From positions 887 through 64,886 of the forward strand of contig NW_021830454.1 in NCBI RefSeq assembly GCF_006345805.1: a stretch of 64,000 nucleotides of DNA, read 5' to 3'. The position numbers and the translations under genes are program-made. Positions 14,397 through 27,735 of the stretch are shown one piece after another (positions within the stretch are counted from its first letter, which is position 1; each line of letters opens with the position of its first letter). The notes beneath the pieces were generated by a model. The model was not told the origin of the DNA. It ran no database searches and was given only the letters and a program-made list of their open reading frames with translations. Source of the DNA: Octopus sinensis (taxonomy: Eukaryota).

Positions 14397-15146
14397 CTTC
14401 TCTCTCACTTTTCTCTCTCCCTCTCTCCCACTTTCTCTCTCTCTCTCTCTCTCACTCTCTCACTCATTCACTGAATCTCCATACCTTTCGTATCATTCAT
14501 TCTTACTCTGAAAATTTTGTCTCTCAAACATTATATTTCTGAAACATTCCACCTTTCTTTTCTAACTTGTCTTTATCTCTCTCTATCTCTCTTTCTCTCT
14601 TTCTCTTTCTCTCTATCTTTCTTTCTTTATCTCTCTCTATCTCTCTTTCTCTCTTTCTCTTTATCTCTCCTCTCACCTCTTCTCCTCTCCCCCTCAGTCC
14701 CTCTCTCGTTTTTCCCTGTTTCTTCTATAATCTTTCTCTGTCGCTCACTTCATCGCCCTTCTTTCCTTCATTTGCTGTCCTTGGCTGTCTATTTTACATC
14801 GTTTTCTGTTTGTTTCTTTTTCATACTTTAGCTATATACCTTTTATTTCCTCTCCATCCCGCTATCTATCACACACTCTCTCTCTCTCTCGGTCTCTGTC
14901 ATTCAAACACTTTTCCTTCCACTCTACCACACCCTGTCATTTGCCCCATAGTTTCACTTCCATTATATATATATATATATGTTGACGTCGTCTATATATA
15001 TATATATGGCATCGACAAGCTTACGCGGCCCAACGTGCTGCGCAGTAGTACTGAACTCAAGGCATGTACAAGCAAGGTGTGCTTCCTAACCACACAGCTA
15101 TGTCTGCACATATATATATATATACACACACACACTCTCTCGCACT

Positions 15147-15185
<39 letters not shown>

Positions 15186-15197
15186 GCACACACGCAT

Positions 15198-15790
15198 ATG
15201 TTGACCCTCTGGAGAAACTTTGCTCTCAGCCACCTAGACTACTGCTCCCAGTTATGGTCAACACATAACGCCAAACTAAAAGCGGAGCTTGAAGCAGTCC
15301 AACGCCATTATACTATAAAGATTGAGACAGTGCAGCGTATGAGCTATAGGGAGCGAAGGAGCGAAGGAGATATGTAATAACCTACATATGGGAAACTCTA
15401 GATGGGATAGTATCTAATTTCGGCATTGAGTGTTATACAAATACCAGAACTGGCCACCACTGTATTGTACCAAAGGTACCAACCACTCTATTTGAATTCA
15501 GGACCAAGTATTGCAATAGTTTAGGGTTCAAAGTCCCACAGTTCTTCAAAGCCCTGTCACAAAAATTAAGGAATCTGCATAATGTAGAAGTACACGTCTT
15601 CAAAAAGGAACTAGTCGGCCTCTTCGACAAAACATCAGATGAACTAACAGCCCGATATGAGGTACATATGAGGGTAACGGAATCAAACTCCCTTTATACA
15701 CCAAATAGGCCAAGAGCTAGGACAAAGACACATACAGAGTGATGATGTGAAACACTCCAGCCTGAGAAGGTTCGCAAATCCAATGGAGGC
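15198..15790 (+). mobile_element. CR1-like LINE, decayed 3' fragment
   Basis: Translates to ...SHLDYCSQLWS... and follows the 35700-36300 region of the larger LINE (PTTLFEFRT..CNSLGFK, SDE), with stops and indels. Confidence 0.8.
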
Positions 15791-15994
15791 CTTAAGAGAC
15801 ATATTATGATCCACAAAGAGCAGAACTTATCTGCAGCTCTTGGTGGTCCAAATCCGAGGTACGGTGCAATCTATGCTGGTGTTCTTTTGAGAGCATTGTC
15901 TGGTTCAAAAAGCCACATCAAATGCCATGATGTTGTTGAGGTGTAGATACAGGAGGTAGTCAAACTCTGCATAAGGAGTAGACAACCAACACCA

Positions 15995-16038
<44 letters not shown>

Positions 16039-17375
16039 AGTTGATGGAGGAAACGAAAGATAGATTTGGCGCTAGTCTTTATTCGGTACGACGATCGTTT
16101 CGACTCCTCCTGTAACTGTCCGCTATGGGTAGGATTTTCTGCATCTAACTGTGTTGCATCAATTTGTGCAGTCTGTGTCACAACAGGATGTGTGTGTGTG
16201 TGTGTGTGTCTGTTGTGCGCGCGCGCGTGTGCGTTTGTGTTTCTGTACGCGCGCGTATTTCTTTTAAGGCGAATACAGAGCCAAAAAAAAAATGGAATTC
16301 TTAATACGATATTCCCCCAGGAATCCTAGTGTTCTTTGATTGCTGACACCATCAATAATTCACAGAATTGTGTGTGCGTTATTCAGAGGATTTTTGCATC
16401 GGATTCCAAAGCACTGAGTTGGTGTTTATAACTTCCAAATATTCTCGTTACATTTACATATACTTGTGTATGTATGAAAGTGTGTCTGTGTGTGTGTGTG
16501 TGTCTATCTATATGCTGCTGTGTTAGCAGTGCTCTTTACATATTATTTCTGTAGAGTATCTTAACAACTTAGGGATAGCCTGTGCTTTTTGGAAAGCCTG
16601 AACACGGTTTCAAAATATTTCTAAGGCACGATGCAGCTAAGACTGTCAAAATGGGCGAAGCTAAACGGGCCACATTAATCATATGGCTTGAGAATTGTAG
16701 CATGAATTGGGAGAGTGCATTGGCACCTGTGTGTGTCAGCGTAATCTTACATTGTACGGCGGGTTATACCAAATCGCTCGATGTTGTTGCTCCCCACAAA
16801 GAAGACATTCCATTGTTCTTATTTTGCTCGGTTATGTTAGTTCGATTCATTACTTGATATTTATTGCTGATTCTTTATTGTTTATTTTCATTCTATCCTG
16901 TTACTCTTCGAAAATCACTCCACTGTTTCAATGTTTTGATTTTCCTAATAAAATTTTCATTAAACACACTCCTAGAATGAATGACATTAGCAAGGGTTTT
17001 GTTGGAGAAGGAGTAACCTTAAATACTTCTTATGTGATTTTTTTTCTCTTTGCTAAAAAATCTCACTATATCCCTTTGTGTATTCTTATTTTTCTTGACA
17101 TTTATTATGTCCTTCCTTTTACAGAAATTTTTGAATTGTATTCTTTGTAGAATGTCCTTGAGCCACACCCTTCGGCTTTTTACGACTTCATCTTGTTCAT
17201 TCTTATGTGTTTTTGCATCACCCCTACTCTCCATTTTAATGTTTCCAGTAATTATTTATATGAATGCTATCAGTAGTAATTGCTTTCAGTGGCTAAATGC
17301 AGAATAGATCATCATCGACGACGTCGTCATACTCCTCTTCTTCCCCCTCCTCACCATCATCATTACTGTTATTAA

Positions 17376-17592
17376 AGCGGTGAGCTGGCAGATTCGTTAC
17401 CGCACCCGGCAAAATGCTTAGCGGCAATTCGTCCGTCTTTACTTTCAGAGTTCAAATTCCACCGAGGTCGACTTTGCCTTTCATACTTTCAGGATCGATA
17501 AATTAAGTACCAGTGTAACACTTGGGGCAATGTAATCGAGTAGTCCCCTCGCTACAAAATTCAGGCCTTGCGCCTATAGTAGAAATGATTCT
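17376..17592 (+). mobile_element. tRNA-derived SINE, family C
   Basis: GCGGTGAGCTGGCAGA head, GAGTTCAAATTCC B-box, GTCGACTTTGCCTTTCAT...GATAAATTAAGTACCAG central domain; homologous to 17789 and 48865. Confidence 0.85.
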
Positions 17593-17605
17593 ACGTCGTC
17601 GTAGT

Positions 17606-17970
<365 letters not shown>

Positions 17971-18209
17971 CCTTGGATCCCTTAGCATTTCAGCAAAAAA
18001 TTACTGCGGTCCATTTGTCCCACTACCCTGTTAAAGTTAATACCTCGGCATGGCCGTAACCCAATGACTGAAACAATTAAAAAACATATTCCATATCCTT
18101 TTTAAGTGGCATTAAATGTTTCTCTCGTATCTTCTGTAGTACCCATTGCCTATATTTCCATGCCATTTCCTCTTGTAATTCCTTGTACAATTACTCACTA
18201 TTCGCTATC

Positions 18210-18280
18210 TCGCTCTTCCTTCCTCTCTTTCTCTCTCTCTCACTCTCTCTCTCTTTCTCTCTCTCTCACTCTCTCTCTCA

Positions 18281-18329
<49 letters not shown>

Positions 18330-18579
18330 GGTAATTTACATACTTTTTCCTCTTCTCTGTCTTTATCCGACTACATTCTTCGCTCCAAAAGCTTTGAATC
18401 ACCCGCCATCTTCCTTCGATTTCATATAGCCAGCTTTCTATCCCAAACATTTTCTTATATATATATATGTGTGTTGTGTGTGTGTTTGTGTGTGCATATA
18501 TATAATTAGGTAAGTACGTCTGAATATATGCGCTTATATACATACATATACACACACACATATATATACTATATATATG

Positions 18580-18626
<47 letters not shown>

Positions 18627-18868
18627 AATAATAATAATAATTATATATATAATATATAATATATATATATATAATATATATATATATATATTATATATAT
18701 ATATATATATTATAATATATATATATATATATGCATATATCTAGAATTCTACGATCCATTTATATATCTTAACGCTTCACCAGTGTTGGATTTTCTTCTT
18801 TGGCAGTCTATCCACACACACACACACACACACAAACCCACACAAACACAAAGACAAGCACACATACA

Positions 18869-18918
<50 letters not shown>

Positions 18919-19290
18919 CACACACTTTCTTTCTCGTCTCCGACACAATCCCACTCTTTCGTTAGTTCTTCTTTATACTCACCCTTATAATCTTTTCAAT
19001 AACTTCTTCCCATGCATCTCACTCCTTTCCTCACCGTCTCTCTCCTCATCCCTACTTTTCTCTCTTTTTCTCTTACAAGAATCCTCTGTTATTATTCACC
19101 CTCTTACTACACAACTCTCTCTCTCTCTCTTATCGCTAAGCCTTTGCTCTCTCTGTCTCTCTCACTCTCTCTGGATCTCTCTCTGTTCACCTATCTACCT
19201 ATCTCATTCTATCTGCCTGTCCCTCTCCCTCTCTCAGTCTCTCTATGCCTTTCCCTTTGTCTGCCCCCGCTCTCTCTGTATATCTGTCTG

Positions 19291-19327
<37 letters not shown>

Positions 19328-19680
19328 TTCTTTTCACAACATATCAGATCATTTTCACCATTTGTCTACATTCCTTTTCCTTCCCACTTCTTTTTCTCCT
19401 GCACTCCACTTCCATTTCTCCCTCTTCATCTCCCCTTCTCTCTTCTCTATCTATTTCCAGCCTCCCCCCAGCCCATCAATCCACCCTTCTTCCCTCCCTC
19501 TATCTCACTTTCAGCAATTATCCCTCACTTCTTTTAACTCTCCTTTCTTCATTTCTTACATGTCCGATCACTTTCTCTCCATGTCCATCTCATCATCTCC
19601 TCTTTGCCTTCTTTATTTATCTCATCTTCTCCCTTCCCTTGTTACCATTTCCACATCCTCCAGACATCCATCAGTCAAGC
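18210..19680. repeat. CT-rich tracts interrupted by (TA)n and (CA)n
   Basis: Direct reading. Confidence 0.85.
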
Positions 19681-20258
19681 CAAAATCACAAACACCATTC
19701 CTTTCCATACCTGACAAGATGGCTAACATTTAACACGCGAAAATCCATCAAGTCGGAAGGGATTAATGAAAAAAAGATTACGCGCAATTTCTTACCCATA
19801 TAACTGTTTTTCTTGGGCAGACTTCAAAGATAACCCTTTCCCTTATTCAGTCTTTATCAGGGGTCAGCATTTGTTATTATTATTATTCTTGTTGTTGTTG
19901 ATTCCCTATATTCCTTCATTCTTACCCTTTTCTAATTCGTAGCCAGAACCCTAAAACCAATCTTTAGACTGCAAATGTTTTTTCAGTGATCACCGGAGCA
20001 TGAAAATTGTACACCTATTCCTGTGTACATAAATCATTCGAAATCCGCAAAAACACCCGTTTCTATTTTCATATATGCACACGCACACACAAACAAACAC
20101 ACACAAACACATAAATGCAAACATGCATTTATCCATGCATATTTATATATGTACATATATATATAATACATATATATGTATATAAATATATATATATATA
20201 ATATATGTACATAATATATATATATATATATATAATATATTATATCATTATATGTATG

Positions 20259-20343
<85 letters not shown>

Positions 20344-20670
20344 CATATATGTAAAGGGCTAGTTATTACCTAAAAGCCTGTCTCAAATACAGGAATCCAC
20401 AGCAAGAATAAACGTTATATATTCACATTATTCGTGTCAGTCGGCCGAATGTTTCGCTGCCTCGTTCTACTAGATTCTTTAATAAATTCATTAGTTCATT
20501 GACCGTTGAGTACGTCTGCCAATGAAGATAAAGGGTTAATAATTAAGGCCCCATTAAAAAAATTAAATAAAGACGTTTCTAAAACGAATGGAACATTCAT
20601 ATGTGGAAATATATATGAGCTACTCAGGAAGATATAAAGAGATGCATATATATATATATATATTATATAA

Positions 20671-20706
<36 letters not shown>

Positions 20707-20837
20707 TGTATGCATATATATATATATACATATTATATATATATATATATAATATATATATATGTATGTATGTATGTATGTATATATATATATATATATA
20801 TATTATACACACATATATATATATATATATTATATAA

Positions 20838-20873
<36 letters not shown>

Positions 20874-20943
20874 TGTATGCATATATATATATATACATAT
20901 TATATATATATATATATAATATATATATATGTATGTATGTATG

Positions 20944-20985
<42 letters not shown>

Positions 20986-21523
20986 TATATATATATATAC
21001 ATACATGCCTACATACATACATGCATGCATACACACAAATATATATATACGTACATACATATGTGTCTGTGTGTGTGTATCCAAATACATACACGCACAC
21101 ACACTCACAAACAAACAGAAGCACATTCACAGCTTAATATCCGTACGTTTGTCTGTACTTTGCATATTTCCCGAGTATACACATGAATTTCGGTATATAT
21201 AACTATGTCTTATTTTATACGTCATTTACTTGTATATATGTTCTAAAATCTACACAGCCTTGGTTTGTTATCTCATTACGGAAAAAAAAAGAAGAAATTT
21301 TTATATGCACACGCTGATATATGACCTAAGATGGACCCCTTATTCGCATAATCACCGAACCTGGAACTTAACTATTGTCTTTCCCTAGCACTTATTCAGC
21401 ATTACCTGACACCTTTGGGACTTCTTGACACTATTACTTCACGTAACCTATATATATATATACACGCACACACGTATGTGTTGTGTGTGTGTCTGTGTCT
21501 GTCTGTCTGTCTGAAAGCACGTG

Positions 21524-21664
21524 GCTAAGTGGTTAGTGTATTCGTCGTGAGTTCGATTCTCTGTGATGCGTCCCTGAGCAAACACTTTATTTGACGTTGC
21601 TCTAGTCCACTAAACTGACAAAAATGAGCAGTTCCTGTATTTCAAAGGGCCAGCCTTGTCACAT
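21524..21664 (+). mobile_element. SINE family B, partial
   Basis: GCACGTGGCTAAGTGGTTAG head, GAGTTCGATTC B-box, CCTGTATTTCAAAGGGCCAGCCTTGTCACA body shared with 50550-50590. Confidence 0.7.
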
Positions 21665-21665
21665 A

Positions 21666-21790
21666 ACATATTCCCCTTTCAGATGCATGTACTTATTGCA
21701 GCCATCGTTCAGCTTTTCTAAGCCCTGAGAAAAAACTCGGAAATTAAGACCTCGATATCCTTCAAGCCAAGAACGTTTCGGCACTCCTGC
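21666..21790 (-). mobile_element. Mariner transposase C-terminal remnant
   Basis: Minus frame ...SWLEG...FSQGLEKLNDGCNKYMHLKGEYVM*, resembling the mariner C-terminal W..C....G.Y signature. Confidence 0.6.
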
Positions 21791-22367
21791 GCATATATAT
21801 ATGCAGGTGCATATTTGTGCTTCCATACTATATAAGATCGAGAAGATCTTTGAATCTATGCTTACCAGCCTTCTCTGTAAGGAGGAAGACTCGATCAAGT
21901 CTTCATTTTTGGAACATCTTAGAATATGTTATGAGAAATTTACAAGTACTCTTTCAAACATATCGAATAAATACCCAGATTATTATTCACTGAAACAGCT
22001 ATAAAGAAGTGTTTATTTTGTCAAGTAAGCATTTCCTATATAGGCCTGATACATTGGGCAATATATCACTTCTTGTCTGAAATTTTTTACTGTATTATTT
22101 GGACTAAAAGCTTCTTTTTCGACATAAATAAACGTACACAAGGAAAAAAAATTACAAGGATTAATAACTTCTGTCGAAATATATACATTCTTCCGAATAT
22201 CGAAATTTGAGTAACGACACGATGTAAATGTGCGTGTGAGTGAGTGTGCGTGCACGCGTGTGTTTGTGTCTGTGTGTGTGTAAAATATCTGCTTCGTTTG
22301 TATGAAACTGATAAAGATTTATATCCTTGAATATTCTATATTAAATTCGCTTTGTAACCACTTGGCA

Positions 22368-22689
22368 TTTGGTTTACTCCACTGCGCGGTAGGACTAATT
22401 TCTTGTAATACAGCTCCGGGAGGGCCAATGCCTTGTGAGTGGATTTAATTAATGGAAAACTTGTGCTAGACTGTCGTATATAGTATATATTATATTACGT
22501 TATATTATATCATATGTGTGTGTGTTTGTGTGTGTGTATGTTTGTGTTTGCATGTGTATGTCCGTATGTAATTTATTTTTATGTGAATGTATGTATTTAG
22601 GTAGGTAGGTACCTACGTACCTATATACGTAAGCAGGTACGTAGATAGATAGATAGGTAGGCTGGTAATTATGTATGTATGTATGTATG

Positions 22690-22723
<34 letters not shown>

Positions 22724-23165
22724 TGTATGTAGGTAGGTAGGTAGGTAGGTAGGTAGGTAGGAATGTAGGTAGGTAGGTAGGTAGGTATGTAGGTAGGAAG
22801 GTAGGTAGGTAGGTAGGTAAGTAGGTAGGTAGGTAGGTAGGTAGGTAGGTAGGTAGGTAGGTAGGTAGGTAGGTAGGTACGTAAGTAGGTAGAAAGGTAA
22901 GTAGGTCGTATTGTTCTTTATCTTTGCGTTTGTCCACTCCACCCGATTTGCAACCGCTCTGCAACTGCTTTGCAACCGCTGTTGGTTTGTTTTAGTTCGC
23001 GTATCTTAACAGTCCTGCATAAGATACTAATATATTAATATAATATATTAATATAATATTTTTTTTACAAGAACGTAAGTACTGGTGACGATTTGTTCGA
23101 TTAAAGCATTCAAGGTGGAGCCACTGCATGGCCGCAGTCCAATGATTACAGCAAGTAAAAGAAAT
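22368..23165 (+). mobile_element. SINE family A with ~400-bp internal (TATG)n/(TAGG)n expansion
   Basis: 5' body GGCCAATGCCTTGTGAGTGGATTT...CTGTCGTATA at 22420-22480; 3' body and tail CATGGCCGCAGTCCAATGATTACAGCAAGTAAAAG at 23127-23161. Confidence 0.65.
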
Positions 23166-23779
23166 GCAGAAATTAAGCAAAAACTATACTGAAAATAATA
23201 TAGATTTATATGACTAAACATTTTCGTTAATCATTACTTTTGAGTGATTGAGATTAATGGAAAAAGAGAGAAAAACAAAAAACAGATAAAATTTAAACAA
23301 CAAACTATTACCAAAATCTCTTTTTCATCACGTGACTGCGAATTTCCGCTGGAAATTTTTTGTGTTTGTTTTTACTTCATTTCAAATTTTTGTCTTTATT
23401 TTTCATCTTGTTTTTTTTTCTTTTCTGTTTTTTTAGCAAAGTTTCCAATTGAATAGTAGAGAATTTCCGAAAGAAATTTTTATAAACAGGATGAAATTTA
23501 TCAAAAAGTCCCTGCCACTCAGCCATCTGTCCGGAAGTTTTATTTTAGACATTGCCACGGAAGTGTGAACTTTCAAAAAGTTTCCCGCCGTTCAACCAGC
23601 AAGTGTCTTTCGAAGCAGTTTGCATGGATGGAGAAAAAAAATTGTCAAACGCTACGACGCCAAAAAAAGATATATATGTATATATAAAATAAAATATGTA
23701 TATAAACAAATAAATTTGAAAAAATAATAAAAACAGTTTAAATACATAAAAAATGATAAAATTAGCAGTATTAGTATTA

Positions 23780-24125
23780 GTAGTAGTGGTGGTGGTGTGG
23801 TGGTAGTGGTAGTAGTGGTGGTGGTGTGGTGGTAGTGGTGGTGGTGGTGGTTGTGGCGATGGTGGTGGTGGTGGTGGTAGTGGTGGTGGTGGTGATGTGG
23901 TGGTGGTGGTTGTGGCGATGGTGGTGGTGGTGGTAGTGGTGGCGGTGGTGGTGGTGGTTGTGGATTTGGTGGTGGTGGTGGTGGTAGTGGTGGTAGTGGT
24001 GGTGGTGGTGGTTGTGGCGATGGTGGTGGTGGTTGTGGTAGTGGTGGTGGTGGTGGTGGTGGTGGTGGTGGTGGTGGAGGTGGAGCTGCTGCTGCTGTAC
24101 CTGGTGGCGGCGGCGGCGGCAGCCG
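23780..24125. repeat. (GGT)n degenerate microsatellite
   Basis: Direct reading. Confidence 0.9.
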
Positions 24126-24670
24126 CAGCAGTAGTAGTGTTGGATAGAGGAGGAGAAGGAGGAGGATAAGATATGCAGAAAGAAGACAACTACGATAACA
24201 CGATAACGACGACGACGACACTGAGGTGATGATGCTGCTGATGTTGATAATGATGATGATAGATGATGACCTAACAAACAACAAAATCAGCGAATAAATC
24301 AATAAATAAAGATGTAAATAAATAAATAAATAAATAAGAAATAAATGTCTGTCGAAACCTCCTGGTTTTCTACCTGAACACATTTAAAGAATAGTGAGAG
24401 ATTCTGGAAGGAATAGCGAAGAATTTTTGCGCCAGAATTCTTCGTATATTAATGTTTTTTACTCTAGATGTATTCCTTTTTACCAATTTAAACCCTTGCT
24501 TTCGCCGACAGCATTCGACGTATGTCCTAATTGCTAGATCGACAGACATAACCATATGCAGTCTGTAGGTACGTTCTCATATTTTTTGTTTCTAAATCTC
24601 TCCAGGAAAGAATTTCATTTTCATTCCTCCTGTGTTTTCCTAAGTACAGTTCATTCACTTCCCTATTCAT

Positions 24671-24990
24671 CAGTGGTTCTTAACCGGGGTCCATATGGCC
24701 CCTGAGTGTCCGTATATTATTTTAGGGAGTCCACATCAGAAAATAGTTATTTGGGGATCCACAATAGCATTTGAGTGACCCGTAAGAAAATTTCCCTTCA
24801 GACGTATGTACTGTTATTTATTGTACTAAGTTCCTTTCTCTAACATTTAATATAGTTCATCGTGAAAAATAATGTAGGAAATGATATAAAACTAGTTTTA
24901 AAAACATCGAATGGCTATGGGCGGCGGGGGCCACAGTAATAAAATCGTGATGAAAGGGATCAATAGAAAAATAGTGGTTGAGAACCTCTG
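24671..24990. mobile_element. hAT-family MITE
   Basis: TIRs CAGTGGTTCTTAACC / GGTTGAGAACCTCTG; imperfect 8-bp TSD CTATTCAT / CTATACAC; GGGGTCCA-type subterminal repeats. Confidence 0.85.
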
Positions 24991-25182
24991 CTATACACCA
25001 TCAATACCGTAAAAAATGCTGGCCTTACAACAAACTTCAATCTTATTAATATATTTAAATGTGGTTTTTGTTCTTGTTCTTTTTGCAGTTGTACATGCAG
25101 TTGCTATTTCACTCTGGATCAGCCGAAGCTGTCTAAATCTCAACGAACCTCACATCAAAGGTCGCTAACATCCATGAGCTGT

Positions 25183-25530
25183 CTGGGCTGTGTGGTAAGA
25201 AGTTTGCTTCCCAACCACATGGTTCTGGGTTCAGTCTCGCTGCGCTGGACCATGGGCAAATGTCTTCTACTCTAGCCTAGGGCCGACCATTGGTAGACGG
25301 AAACTGAAAGAAGCCTGTTGTATATGTGTGTGTATGTGTGACTTTGTGTCTGCGTTTGTTCCCCACTCCCCCAACACACCACTTAACAACCGGTGCTGGT
25401 GTGTTTACTTCCTTGCAAAAGAAACTGACAGAATATGTATCAGGCTTAAAAAAAAGGACTGGGGTTGATACAATCGACTAAAATTTCAAAGAGGAGCTCC
25501 AGCAAGACTGAAACAAGTAACGGATAAAAG
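25183..25530 (+). mobile_element. SINE family A
   Basis: GGCTGTGTGGTAAGAAGTTTGCTTCCCAACCACATGGTTCTGGGTTCAGTC head; GACTGAAACAAGTAA tail. Confidence 0.85.
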
Positions 25531-26579
25531 ATACAAGATAAATAATTTCTTCACCTATTTTTAAATTTTGGATAAGAGCTTTTCTATGATAATTCATTTC
25601 GCTTTTGTTCAAAGAAAATTCCGGTTATATTAAAATTAAAAATTCTCTTAAATTAATGTTCAACTTAAGCTCTTCTACAAAACAACTACATCCCAAACTC
25701 AAAAACAGCTAAAGGCATTGATGACTAGAACATACCGTAACGGTAGTGCATGAGCCATGTGGTTTTGTGAGGGAACAACTAGAAGGTGTATTAGTTTGAC
25801 GCTCTGGAAGGGTGGGAAAGTCTTTGACATTTCGGGCCCTACGCTCTTCATCTGAAAATGATGCGATGAAATGAAATGGGGAGAGAAACGAAAAAATGTG
25901 TGGTGATTATCGGTTTAACACCCCCCCCCACACACACATATATGGTGTTTCGGGAGGGTCATTTCATTTTGTTGTTTATACTGCTCCTGTCGCCTTTAAT
26001 TGGTTTTTAATAAGCCTACATGCAATTTGCGACATCACTGCCTGAACTGACACTTATATTCTATATATCATTGACAGGGAAATCGGTTGCTATGTCACTG
26101 ATGAACGTCAGCCATGACAAGCCCAACGACGAGCTACATATGTATGTATGTATGTATGAATGTATGTATGTATGTACGTACGTAGTATGTATGCACGTAT
26201 GTATATGTATGTATATGTGTATTGAAATGTATTGTCTACTGACACGTTTCGTAGAACGTCACCAGAGAAATTGCTTCGTGTTACGTTGCACCCCTTTATG
26301 ACCTGATTTTACCTCTGCCAAACTCGATTTTGCCTCACCTCCCTTTGAAGTTGCAAACCATTTGTATGGAAATAATCGAATAGTATATTTTTTAATGTTG
26401 TGTCCGCAGAATATATATGCATATCTTCGTTGGAGAAAACTTCTTTCAGTTGTGTTTTCAGTTTAACTTCTGTCCCGTTAGGATCAAGCCAACATCTCAC
26501 ATGCAGCACAGTACAGCACAGTATATTCAACCGCGTGGCCAACTATCACGTTTGATCGACAATGCTTTAGATACATTTA

Positions 26580-26900
26580 ACAAGATATTTACTGTATTAT
26601 ACTTTGGCTTTTATAGAGATGACGCTCTAGCTGCATTTAAAATCACCAATGTACATATATTAAGCATATTACTGAAGGACATTATATATAGGTAGAGTAA
26701 TTTCGGCTTAAATATAACTAAAGCTAATAACTTAACTACTGTTAATATCCTTGATGTTACCGTAGATTTAGCCACTATTCAAGAAGAATAGAATAAAATA
26801 TTAAACAAGCAACACCGGTAAATACAACATAGATATCCATAATATACTATAAATTCTTCTATGATATACTTTTATCCACAAATAAATACATTTATCCTTT
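26580..26900 (+). mobile_element. Penelope-like element RT remnant (YRDD type)
   Basis: FGFYRDDALAAFK...NFGLNITKANNLTTVNILDVTVDL resembles PLE RT motifs GLYRDDGL and VNFLDVTLDL; in-frame stops present. Confidence 0.65.
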
Positions 26901-26960
26901 GTTTCGGAGATACTGTCACCAGTAAATCCTATTCAAATGTTCTTTCATTTTAAACACAAT

Positions 26961-27735
26961 ATAATTATGCGTGCCAAGGAGAGGGCATCTACGTGGTCAC
27001 ATGTTTTACTAAAAATAGCAGCAAGATATCTGTAAAATCCAATCCAAAAATGCCCTACCAATCCATAAGACAAAGAGCAAAACACTAATTTATTTCTAGG
27101 TCCGCAATGCCCGAAAAACCAATATAGGATGGCCACGACTGTAACGCTTTTGATCATAGGTCTACTCGGTCATGGATGACTTGGTGGCTGAACGACGACA
27201 ACAATATCAACATAATTATGCGAGCCAAGGGGAGGGCATCTACGTGGTCACATGTTTTACTAAAAATAGCAGCAAGATATCTGTAAAATCCAATCCAAAA
27301 ATGCCCTACCAATCCATAAGACAAAGAGCAGAACACTAATTTATTTCTAGGTCCGCAAAGCCCGAAAAACCAATATAGGATGGCCACGACTGTAACGCTT
27401 TTGATCATAGGTCTACTCGGTCATGGATGACTTGGAAGCTGAACGACGACAACAATATCAACATAAACAATATCAACATAATTATGCGAGCCAAGGAGAG
27501 GGCATCTACGTGGTCACATATTTTACTAAAAATAGCAGCAAGATATCTGTAAAATCCAATCCAAAAATGCCCTACCAATCCATAAGACAAAGAGCAGAAC
27601 ACTAATTTATTTCTAGGTCCACAATGCCCGAAAACCAATATAGGATGGCCACGACTGTAACGCTTTTGATCATAGGTCTACTCGGTCATGGATGACTTGG
27701 GGGCTGAACGACGACAACAATATCAACATAAACAA
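26961..27735 (+). repeat. Tandem array of three ~251-266-bp units derived from repeat family D
   Basis: ATAATTATGCG recurs at 26961, 27212 and 27478; units are nearly identical apart from a 15-bp local duplication at the unit 2/3 junction. Confidence 0.95.

Noticed and set aside
16745-16785. Minus-strand IWYNPPYN motif (PLE WFNPP or methyltransferase NPPY)
   Set aside because: Isolated short match with a stop five codons later and no supporting flanking motifs.
17140-17260. + strand exon-like NVLEPHPSAFYDFILFILMCFCIT segment
   Set aside because: Pyrimidine-rich DNA open in two frames with a weak donor; not distinguishable from background.
26070-26120. CTGATGA followed by a GTCA-GCCA-TGAC hairpin
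   Set aside because: No GAAA after the hairpin and no convincing alternative topology.
26961-27735. Tandem unit as a GIY-YIG-coding or pLTR repeat of the adjacent PLE, or as the 70-84-aa minus-strand ORFs
   Set aside because: The unit matches dispersed repeat family D elsewhere in the window; the protein similarity was only superficial.
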